Of a stretch of 64,000 nt of DNA, positions 38,235 through 49,406 are shown in pieces. Numbering within the stretch: position 1 is the stretch's first letter; every line of letters starts with the position of its first letter. The stretch is from Vicugna vicugna (Eukaryota): contig MU057999.1 in the NCBI GenBank assembly GCA_013265495.1, positions 868,001-932,000 on the forward strand, read 5' to 3'. Below the pieces are notes generated by a model. It did no database searches. It saw only the letters and a program-made list of their open reading frames with translations, and was not told the origin of the DNA. Position numbers and translations under genes: made by a program.

Positions 38235-38269
<35 letters not shown>
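38235..38269. repeat. (CA)n microsatellite
   Basis: Directly visible. Confidence 0.97.
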
Positions 38270-38273
<4 letters not shown>

Positions 38274-41200
38274 GCATCCTGTCTAGCCCCACAGCCCTGT
38301 GCTCTGAACCATGGAGAATTTGGGTTATCATGGACAAGTCACTCAAGGGTCATTGAGAAGTGACTGAATTTGGAAAATATCTGAGTTCCTTTCAGGCCAG
38401 CTCCCCTGGCACTCAGCTTGGTTCTGAACCCATGCAGCTTATTAACTCAAAGCCCCCTGGCTTGGCTGTCCTCCTCCAGGGGCTCAGAGCCAGGCCCTGT
38501 GGCAGGGATGGGGCCTCGACTTAGTATGTCCTGGAAGGAGGGGAAGTTGCTGGAATGGGGGTGGGGCAGTACCCTGTGCTGTGTTACCTTTGCTTCTGAG
38601 CGATGCCAGCTTTGCAGTTGGGGGTGTCACATTGGATCGCCTCAGTCCAAGAGAGCACATGTCCAAAACGTGGCCATAAACATGCTAACATGGCTCGAAA
38701 CTCGGTCTTCTCTGGGAGTTAACAGAAAGGTCTAGGCAGTCCACAGCTCATCTGTTACCTGAGTACATGGAAGCTGAACATGGGGGGGATCCAAAGTTGG
38801 GAAGGAGAAGACAGTTTTCCTTTATTAAAATTTGCTGTGGCCTTCAAAGTTTCAGATTCTTTCAAGAGCAAGCCTCCCCATATGGACCTCAGAAGTGACC
38901 ACCTTGACCCTAACTCATTATTTGGCTTGCCCTCATCCTTTGGGGACAACTTGGAGGTGGGGGGAGCCGTAGTTGCTCCTTCTCCATCATGAGCTTCCTG
39001 CCAGCTGTTCCCTGTCGTCATCCCCATCCTGCCTGGGTGTCAGAACGTCCCTCGTGTGTCTCCTTCCCTGCTTACCTTGCTCTCCAGACACCTGCAGGTG
39101 ATGCCCGCCGGCTCTGTGATCCTTTGGGCTCCGCTACCTGCCTGGGTCGGGGCCCTCACACAGCTGTTCCGAGGCCCGCTGGGAGTGGAGAGCTGTGCCT
39201 TTGTGTCTTTATGGGATTTCTGGGTATGGTACCCGTGACGGGTGGTGGGTGATGTGCAAACAGGGGAGAGAGGCCAGATCAAGAGACGAATCAAAGCAGA
39301 CAGTTTTAAAACCAGCTGGGCCTGGTTCCATAGTGCTTCTCTTTGTCCTGTTGATTGGGGGTGAGAGGGAGGTGCCCTCCCGGGCCCGTGTCATGGTCTG
39401 AGTGGGGACCCCAGCACCAGGCTGACTTCTTAAAGGTGCAAGTGCAGCAGCTGCCAGGCACGCTTGCCGTAGCAGGGTGATTTCTCCAGGCTTCAAAGGG
39501 CTGCCATGCTGCACTTGGCTGGCTGGGGCCCTCTCATTTTTCTCATTATTTCCTGAGCAGAACGGCAGGAAGCAGAGCAAGCATTGATTGGTTCTGATTT
39601 AATTGGGACTCTGGGAACAGGCTCTCATGTCTTTGGTCTAATTGGAACTTTTCTCTTTGCGGGGCGGGGGGCGTTCTGCTGTCTCTGCTGCTTGTCAGTC
39701 ACCTCCTGTGGTGGTCCTGGGCGGCCTCTGGGGACAAATACGTAAATGCAGGTGGTCTCTTTCCACTCGCATCTTCTTTACCCAGCCGCAACCCGCTCCT
39801 GACTTTTGGTGCACGTTCCTAATCTAGAGCTCTTAGGAACCTGACTTGACTTCGCAAATGGCTTGTTGCAAACTCTTTGGAGGCTGGATGAAATGGGGAC
39901 CCCAGGGCACCATCACGTTTCCATTTCAGGGTCACAGGCAACCACATTTTGGTGGCATTTCTGAAAGTGGAGGGTATCAAGCCAGGCAGCATCATGGGTC
40001 CTGCAGTCCAGCAGCCTGGCTGAGCTCAGTGCCCTAGAAGGGCAGAGAAGCCTCTTTTCCTCCATCTCAAGAACTTTAAGCTGCATCTTCCAAATTCTTC
40101 ACCCTGGGCTCTGCTGGTAACCTAGCCTTGGTGGCTGAGCTCAACCTCCCTCTCCAGGGCTCACAGCAGTGCTTCCCGGGCAGGTGAAGGGGCCTAGGGC
40201 ATAGACAGTGATCTGGGGACGACTCTAATCCCTTTGGATTGGGATGGAGGATTTATAACTGGTCCCCGGGGTGTATCTTCAAGGGAAGGTGTTCAGCTCA
40301 TCTTGCATGCTCATGCTGGTTGTCAGGTGGGCACTGCCGCCCTTCACAGCCATTTTGGGGTGGCCTGCCTTATACAGCCAGCTTTCCTGAGGCCTGGAGT
40401 GTGAGAATGGTGGACGCAATAGAGGATTGTGGGTGAGAAGGAGCGAATCTCCATCAGCTGTCCTGGTGGGACTGGAGAAGGAAGGCGAGCTACTCTCTCC
40501 CTACACAGCCCTGAGACCAGATGCCCTGGAGCCCGGCTGGGAGAAGCCTGCGTGGTTCTGCGATTCACACAGTTATGTTGATCTGATAAAATTTTCTTTT
40601 CTGGCTGTTTGAACCTGAGCCTTTGCATGTGTCCGATCTGCAGGGTGGCAGAAAGACTATTCTTCATATTGTTTCTCTGGCTGGACAGGCTTTTCCCCAC
40701 GGGCAAGAATCTTACTCTGACTCTCGCCTTGAGTCTGCTAAACCCTCTCCTGTCAAAGTCATGGTGACCCGTCACTCAGTTTTGCAGAAGCATCTGGAGA
40801 CCAATTAGGCAGCTTAGCCAGCAAAGAGTGGTCCTGGCCTAGAGCTGTTCCTGGTGTGAGGAGGGAGGGTGCTGAGAGGAGGGTTAGCAAGCAGAGGAAG
40901 CCATGGGGAGATCTTGCACATCACGATGTGTGGCAAGCGGCTCCCAGACTTTCTAGAGGGCTCCATGTCCCAAGGCCTGTTCCGGACTCGTCCTTCTGCA
41001 CACAGGTTGGACTGACCGAGCAGAATCACAGCAGTCTGCTCACCCCGCCAGGGCCTCCGACTCCATCATGCATTTAGCTCCCTGAAATTGTTAATTGCTA
41101 GGCAAATGGCCCACCTGCTCCAACTTTAAGTTTTATGCTCATAGTATAGCAGATTAATGGGAAATCATGGCTTGGTCGTTACCCACCCGCATGCCTTCCC

Positions 41201-43539
41201 TTCTCAGGCTGCTGGCTAAGTCGATTCTTTGTGTGAGTCCCCACAGCCTAACGGTCCCTGGACCAGGTGCTCAGCAAGCTCTCTCTGTGCCATGGAGCCT
41301 AAAATGTTGCGTCAGCTAAAGCTGGTCTCAGGGGAGGATGGCTGGGCTGAGACTGACCATCGCTCGGGGGAACTTGGCATGGGCAGACCTCTTATCTGTC
41401 TGTTAGAAGCTTGAGGGCTGCAGTATCCCATATGGGTGCCCGAGGAGGGGTCCCAGGTGCTGGGAGAGCCTCTGGCAGCCAGATCTTAGCTCCCGCAGTA
41501 TTCTCCTGGGGCCTGGATCTGTGTCCACCCCCAAGTTCCATGAGGGCCTGTCTTTCCCTCGCAGACACAGTCCCTGTAGCTTCCAGAAGGAGCTGCCTCA
41601 TTAGCCTGCCTATCCAGCCCTAGTCAGGGCTCAGGAAATGATGCAGTACATACCCTTCTCTGCCATTGTCCCTTGCTCCTGCCAGGCTGGCCTTGGCTCA
41701 CCCCGCAGAGGGCACACCCTGATCCTTAAAGGTGCCTAGGCCTTTATTGTAGATGCAGGGTGATGGAAAGGGGGAAGGTCGTGTCCAGGTGGAAGAGGCC
41801 AAACCTAGAGACTGGAGCTGTGCTGTGAACTTCTGGGTGATTTTTAGGTCAGTCTTTTTTCAATGACAGTCTTATCCTCTCTGCCTACTTCCCAGGGTAT
41901 GTGGCAATCCAGGGAGGGGATGGATATGAGGATGCTCTGTAAGATGTGCAGCCCTTAAACATACCACCTGGCTCTGGTTATTCAGGCAACAAGACTCTGG
42001 AATGAAAGTGGTGTGCCGTGCCCCCATCCACAGACACTGCTTAACAGGAGTCCTGAGCACCCAGCCACCACCTCCCTGCAGGCCAGCCCCAGCGCCGTGG
42101 CGGTCGAGCAGTGAGATCAGCATGCAGGCATGGTCCACTGTCCCTCGACGGGTCAATGGGTCAGTCAACACACGTTGGAAAAATGTGGCCCATGCGGCTT
42201 GCCTCAGGGCAGGGGGTCTAGGCAGGTAGTCTTTGCGAGCTGAAGGTCTAAGTGGGGAGAGGTGAGTCCCCAGGTCTGAGAGAGAAGGATGCTATTTCTG
42301 AAGCAGTGATTCTTGATCCCATAGTGGGCATGGGAACCCCCAGGAGAAGTTTTAAAGAATGACATCCCCAAGTGCTCCCTTCTGAGATCGCACTGGTCAG
42401 GTCTGTTTGGGGCTGAGGCTGAGAATCTGGCTGTAAATTCCAGACTTGGACCATCTATGCATCCAGAGTCTAGAAGTAGGGGTCCTGGGTGAGGTCACTG
42501 AAGGTGTCTTAGGACTTGTGGGATTTATAGAAAGGATGGGTCTGAGAGGACATAGAAGAGGCTGGGAGAGGGGGCCGTGGGAGCAGGCTGCAGTGGATGG
42601 CCTGAGCATGAGGCCTCAGGCCAGCAGGGAGGGGATGCTCAGAGCATCACTGGACCTTGTGTAGGGGCTGGGACTGCAGGAAGGTGGTCCAGGGCCCTGA
42701 TGAGGCCAGAGAGTATAGACGTGGCACCAGCTGCTGGGAAGCCCCAGAAAGGCTCCGGGCAGAGGATAGAGTGCTGAAGGCTGAGGGCAGACTGCCTCTA
42801 GGTTACAGAAAAGAGCAGCCTTTCCTTGGGGCTGGGTCACTCAGAACTGTCCTCAGAACAGCAGGGGTGCCGCTGCTTTCGCCAGGGGCATGGTCAAACC
42901 AGCAGGATTCCCCTGCCCTGTTCAGGGCCGGCCAGCCGGGGTTGGGGCTGAGCCTGCATGTCCTGTAACCGGGAATCCGTGTGGCTTTCCCGGGGGTGCT
43001 CTCGGGGCAGCTGAGATCATCCCATCTCTAGATGTCGGCAGGGCCTTGGCAGCTCCTAAAGAAGAACAGAGACATTCTTGGTTCTTCCGGCCCCTGCTTT
43101 GTGTCTCTCCAGCTCCCTAGTATCCCGCAAAGCCCTGCCTTGGGTCCTGCAACCTCACGGGCCCTGCCTGTTCCCTGGCCACACTTCCTGGCCTCTCCCT
43201 CAGGTCTCTTCACTCCCCGCTCGCTCCCTCCACATAAGAACTGTTTTTCTTGGTAATTTTCCACCTCCATGTAAATTTCTTCATGCCTGGAAACCCCAGG
43301 GACATTTTGAACCTTTCAGCAGTTTCGAGCCTTTGTCAGCTTGAGCTGCCGCGATGAGCCAGTTTGTAAGTCTGAGGGAGCCGAGACAAAAACCTGCAGG
43401 ATTTGAAAGTGGAGGAAGATGTGTCTAATTTAGCTCTTCTAGGAAAAAGAAGTTTCTGGGGCCTATTTCCACCTCCCTTAGGGTGGCTGGGTTCCAGCTC
43501 TGTCTTCTCACCCTGGGTGTTGAAAGGGGGACCTGCGGG

Positions 43540-43542
<3 letters not shown>

Positions 43543-43586
<44 letters not shown>
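43543..43586. repeat. (GT)n microsatellite
   Basis: Directly visible. Confidence 0.97.
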
Positions 43587-43587
<1 letters not shown>

Positions 43588-45191
43588 TCACTGTGCTGGC
43601 AGCCGCGTTCTGGGCACTGATGAACCCTTTCCGCTGTGCTCTCTCTGCCCCATCAGCTGATGGCTGGTGAGTGAGAGGAAGGCCACAGCCTAGACGGCCA
43701 GCCTCCGCTCCAGCCCCAGGGAGACTGGCTTTGCTTCCGGCTCGGGGAGGCCAGGGTCATTAACACCGCAACCCTGTAAGATGAGCTTTATAATAGGATT
43801 TCCCAACAGGCTACTTCATTTAGAAACCTCTCGGGCCTCCTCTGCTTCCCACGGTGGCCCTGCCCAGCGCCCTCCAGAGAGGAATCCGATGTAATTGTCT
43901 GGATGTAATGGGCTGTGACACCAGCATGAGCAACAGCAAACAGGGCTGGAAGGATGCCCTCTGCCTCACCGACTCCAGCACGCCGGGCACGGACTTGCGG
44001 TTCTGGACTCTGGAGGCAGCAGGGGACGGCAAGGGGAGCAGAGAGGTGGAGCAGCTCGGTTCCAAACCCCTTTGTGCCCTGAGCTGCTCCTTGTGTACTT
44101 GAAGGATGGTCCGGGGTAGAAGCACTCAAATTCCACTGTCAGGATTCTCCCAGATTAGTGCTAGAGTTACTGAGAATGTTCCGGGCACGAGAGCTGTCCG
44201 GGGTGGAGGTCCATGACTTAATAAATGTGTGTTATCAGAGATGACGGTGAAGGCACCATAGGTCATTACTGCGGTGGTGTGGGCAGTGGAGACATCGTGG
44301 GGTGAGCAGTCTAGCTGCGGCCCTGAGGCCACCACTACTGCCCCATCAATGGCCCATGAAGAACTGAAACTGCTCAAGCTGAGGTGGAAGTGGGTGGGAT
44401 ACCGAACAAATGTCCATTCTGACCGCCTCATTGATCCATGGAGAGAGGGCAGCCAGAGGGCATCTCTGGACACCGGTCTAGAGAGCCCTGCTGGGTGATG
44501 TCGGAGTGGGGATCAGACCCAGGCTCTGATACCACTGCCTGTCTCTGCTTCTGAGACTGGTTTTTGTTGACATTAACCATCCTTGGACGCACAGCATGTG
44601 TTTTCAGGAATATCAGCCCCCTCTTGGCTGCTCTCCCATGAGCCCTCTGCCTGTGTCTATGTTGCCCCTTCTTTTTTCTTGGGTCTGGGTGCTCTGTGGA
44701 GCTGCGCTCTGTGGTTATACATTTCTGTACCGTACAGCTCAGGGCTCCACGTTGACTGCCCCTTTTTCTTTTCAACCTCTCTGGAAGCAGTACTGTCTCT
44801 CCAGATGCTCTGCCATGTTGAGCCATCCAGGGGGTACACAGTGTCTCAGGGGGGTGACCCCATGCTCCCTGGGAAGGACAAGGTCTAAGGCTTTGTGCTT
44901 CCAGAGAAGGGGGCAGGACTGTGGGCTGGTGGCCTGGTTGTGGCGCTCTAATCAGCATGAGGACCAGCAGGGGCTCCCAGGGCTGAACCCTGTCTCAGGC
45001 AGGGCTGTGCTCTCACTTAACCCCTTTGTTTCCTGTCCTCATCTCTCTTTGGAGTGGGACAGTCCTTGTCTGCAGAACCTGAGCACACACATCTGCACGA
45101 ACTTTCTTGCCTGGATGGGGAATCACTACTTTCGAGTGACGAAAGGATGAGTCTGTGTAGCTGCAGGTGTGCCGGGCTCATCCTCTCCTCC

Positions 45192-45242
45192 TGTGTGTGT
45201 GTGTGTGTGTGTGTGTGCGCACGTGCACACGCGCGTGCGTGT
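45192..45242. repeat. (TG)n followed by a CG/CA alternating purine-pyrimidine tract
   Basis: TGTG...TGTGCGCACGTGCACACGCGCGTGCGTGT. Confidence 0.93.
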
Positions 45243-46289
45243 CCTCGTGGCCAGAAGGGTTAGGAGAAAACCAGCTCAGCCACATCAGGCCCTGGAGAGG
45301 TTGGTGAGGGTGAGCAGGCAGTGTGGGGAGCCTCAAGAGACTTCTTGGAATCACCGGACAGCAATCAGGGCCAGGGAGGGCCAGACTCAGTCCTCATAAG
45401 GGTTTTCATTGCGGGTGGGGCCCAGTTCAGGAGAAGGGCTGGACCAGGAAGCAGGCACTCTAGTTTCTGGCTGGTCCCTGGCCTCTGTCTAGAATAACCC
45501 ACCAACCAACCCTCTGGGACGCAGAGTGGTGTGGTCACTGGGTCTTGGGGTATGACCATCGGGGCCCTGCTCCAGTCTCTCCTTGCATGACTTCTGGCCT
45601 CCCGTACCTCAGTCAGGTTGGAGTCCACTCAGGAGTTCCTATGGATGGAGTGACTCTGTGCTCATTCTTTATGTTTTTATTGGGCACCTTTATACTTATC
45701 CACTCAGATGGAGCAGATTTACTTCTGAGAATCTTCTCGATTCTTAGCTCTTAGAAAGCACTTTCAGTGTCCAGAGGGCAGCGGGGCCATGAGTGACCTG
45801 TGGAGGGTGGTCCCTCCCAGGTGGGTAAGACCTCCAGTGAGTCCAGCCCACCCAATGACACTTCCTTTGCTTTCCCGCCATGGTCTCCCAGCCTGCTCTT
45901 GGACACCTCTAGTGATGGGACACTCAGACTTCCTGAGGCAGTCTGGTTCACCTCTGAGTCCTAGGATTGGAATGAGTCAGGGGCCCACTGCTCCCATCCC
46001 TGGGGTAAAGCTTTTATGCAAATCTCCCTTCTCCTAAGTTGTCTTTTGCTGTTGTTACTGTTTTTTAAATGTTTTGAACAGGTAGGACATCTGAAAAGTA
46101 AGCTTTCCTCTGACTTGTGTCCTCATCAGGGTCCCTCCCTGTTTTACTTTCTGATGTTCTCTGTCCAAGAGGGTCCATGCATCTGTACCCAGACCACAGA
46201 GGCAAACTTTCCCCACCTGCACAGGACATCCTGCTCAGGGTTTTCACCTAGTCCCCACCCCCCACTCCCTTTCTTACTTAACAGTGAAG

Positions 46290-46830
46290 ATTAGCAGTAG
46301 TTTGGTTGTATCACATAGAAATCTGCCCTTTCTTTCCGATGATTGTGTAGTGTATTCCATTGGATAGATGTGCCTTTGTTTGATTGGCACATTTATTTAC
46401 ATGTAGGTTGCTTTCTGTTTTTTGTTGTTTCTAACCAACATTTCAACAAACATCCTTGTGCCTTCAACTTTGCACTTAGATGTGAGCATATCTGTGAGAT
46501 GAATCCATTAATTAATTTATTCCATGAATATTTATTGAGGATTTTCTGTGTGTCAGGCACTTTCCTAAGAGCTAAGAATGCAGCAAATCCTTAGAAGTAA
46601 AATTGCTGAATCAGAGTATATCAGTTTTTAATTTTGATAGATATTCCCAAGCAGTCCTCTAAAAAAAAGGCATTTGCTGCCAGTTTTTGCTCCCACCAAC
46701 AATATACGAGAGTTCCCGTTGCGTGTACTTCTGCCAGATAATAGGATATCAATCGTTTTTATCTTTGCCAATCTGATAGATGAAAGCTGGCACCCCACTG
46801 GTTTCTGTTTGCCTTTGACTTGCTATGAGG
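46290..46830 (-). mobile_element. Old L1 (L1ME-like) fragment with a short L2-like insert (~46500-46580)
   Basis: GTAGTGTATTCCATTGGATAGATGTGCC...CATGTAGGTTGCTTTC...TTTGCCAATCTGATAGATGAAA. Confidence 0.65.
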
Positions 46831-47724
46831 GGCATCGAACATGGCAAAGTTCCATAAATTGCCCTCTTTGGGAGTTGAGTTGCAAGCGTTCCTATGTAAG
46901 GCATCTCTCAGCTCTCACCCTTTGGCCCAGTCCCTCCACCCACATTCCTTCCTTTAACTCTCCCAGTTTGCCTCTGGAGCCTCGAGGCTCAGCTCATTTT
47001 GGTGGCTCCTACTTAGCTGCCCCTTCCTCCATCACCAGCCGTCAGTTCTCACCTCCTCTAGCCTCCTCTTCACTTCTTCTGCAGCATCCCTTCCTCACCA
47101 GATCTGCCACTCCTTCCCTGGCAACCTGAATCTGTCTTGGCCCCATCCCGGACCAGGTATCCACACCCCAGGGGAGCGCACACCTTCCCCCAGCTCTGCT
47201 GATGCCATGGCCGGCTTCTGCCAATGAGCCTTGTCTTAGCCGGGGCTGCTGCCACCGCCTCCATCACTGTTTGGTTTTTGTCTTCAACTCTGCAGCAGTT
47301 CTTTCTCCTTGGGGAGACTTCCTACCTCTCTTACTGGCCTCAGCCTCCCTCTCCCCTCTTCCTTGTCCCCCTCCTCTCCTCTGTTCTCCCCTTTCTTCCT
47401 TCTTTCCTCTCTCTCTTCCTTCCTCACTACTTTCTGTTAAATATATTCAGGTTAAAAAGTGAGTCAGCTTCAAGAAAACCAATAAATAATAAATTAAAAA
47501 CCTGGCGGGTAGATATGGCAAAAAGCAATAGAGATAATATGCAAATGATGCTTAAGAGACTGCTGACTTGCTCTGTTTACCTGGACTGAGAAAGCAGCTT
47601 ATACACTCTTCAGGGCAGTCCTGCATTTCATTGTCAGAGAGTGGTGATGGTTATTGTTCGGGTACTGAGCAAACGTTTTTGGTTTGGCTTCCGGCTTGCG
47701 TTGAAGCACTAATACAACGTGGTT

Positions 47725-47930
47725 ATCATTTATAGAGTGTTCACTCTGTACCATCTGCCAGATTCTTTTCCTGCATTATCCTTGAAATCCTCACAATAGC
47801 CCTATGAGGTACATATGGCTATCATCCTTGTTTTTCAGTTGAAGATACCGAGGCACAGAGAAGCTAAGTAACTTTGCCAAAGTCATACAACGTAGGACTC
47901 TGAGACTTGACTGACAACTGCTGTTCTGTA
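47725..47930 (-). mobile_element. MIR SINE
   Basis: AATCCTCACAATAGCCCTATGAGGTA...GAGGCACAGAGAAGCTAAGTAACTTTGCCAAAGTCATACA. Confidence 0.85.
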
Positions 47931-49221
47931 TCCCTCCCCCAGTTGGAGGAGAGCGAGATCCTCTTATGGGCAGATTGTGATTTGTGATGGGAGCTGGGGC
48001 TTCTGTGTCCCATGTGGTCTGACATACAAGCCTTCGTTAAGGTATTCAAAGAAAAGCCATCAGAGTTTGAACTGTATTTCCATTGGCTAGGGGTCAACCA
48101 GAAGATTCGTGGTGTGACCATGCTTACTGCAAAAATGAATCAAAGACACACCCCTCCACCTCCATGGTCAGCCCAGCTCTCAGTCATCTCCTCCCCGAGC
48201 TCCCCATGGGCAGAGCCACTCAGTATGTCTCTGTGTCCCAAACACCCACCCTGTGCCATCCATTAAATAAGAACTAAATGAAACACATTGAAAACAAAAT
48301 TGGTGGGAGCAGGATGTGTGCTGAGGAGGAAGGAAGGCTTTGCATTAGAATGTGTAAGAAGACATTTCAGCAGCGTTGGGTAGCGTAAACTCTGAAAAGG
48401 CCAGGCAGGAACAACGGAATGCGAGTCCGATCACAAAACGTGCGCTGGGAGAGGTGACGATGGCAGAACCAGATGGAGGAAGTAACCAGTGATAGCAGAG
48501 GTGTTGTCTGTCTGTTGTCCAATAGAGTGACACGTTGTGCACACACATGCACACACAGGAGAAAATCAACAGGACGGTTGCAAGCCCATACGTCATGAAA
48601 CCCCTTCCCTGAAAGTTGGTGATAATGTATCAGTTTGACAGAGGAGATAAGGTCAGTGCAACGTGTGTGTTTCAAGTGGAAAATGACAATCTGCTCTTTG
48701 CACAAGACGGATAGAGCTTCTCGTTGAAATTGCATGGAATATGCAAGAACTCTGCCAAATCATGAACTTGGCAAAACTGGGCCTGTTCCGGGAATTGAGC
48801 GATTGGAGGGTTTCTATCTGGGTCTGTCACACACATGCCTACGTTGATCCGAATCTGGCGGCCCTTGTGACTTGGGCTTCTCCTTCTTGCTGGTTCCGTT
48901 TGGCTTCCCCTCTGCATCTTCGGCCAAATTTGTTCTCCTGTTTTCTTTTCTTTTCCTCCGTTTATTCTGTTCTCTTGTCTGTCTTCTCTCTGGACTTGAT
49001 TCGAAATGAGACAGAAAGCACATCCCATTGGTAGAATTTTCATGAATGGAGGGCTATTTTCATTCATTGTTTTTATTTTTTTCCCTAGGAAACTATTTAG
49101 ATGCAAATTGCAAGGAAAAACGAATTTTTGCATATAGTAAAATGTAGGAAATTAGTGTTTCTCACTGAAATCAATTGCAAATATTACAAGAATGATTTTT
49201 GTCATCAAAATTATTAATATA

Positions 49222-49406
49222 CGGAATTAGGGTATCGCTCAGTGGTAGAGTGCATGCTTACCAATTATGAGGTCCTGGGTTCAATTCCCAGCACCTCTGT
49301 TAAAAAAAAAATAAACAAATAAATAAACCTAATTACCCCCCTCAAAAGAAAAAGCCCACAAATAAGGAGAAATTTTTTTTAAAACAGTGAGAGAAGAAAA
49401 GATTAA
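49222..49406 (+). mobile_element. tRNA-Ala-derived SINE (Vic-1-like) with TSD
   Basis: GGGTATCGCTCAGTGGTAGAGTGCATGCTTA...GAGGTCCTGGGTTCAATTCCCAGCACCTC plus AAATAAACCTAATTACCCCC tail. TSD at 49207-49221 / 49407-49421 (13/15). Confidence 0.9.

Noticed and set aside
41702..41715. Isolated CTCF-like motif CCCGCAGAGGGCAC (others near 9022 and 43866)
   Set aside because: Partial matches are expected by chance in 64 kb of GC-rich sequence, and there is no supporting context.
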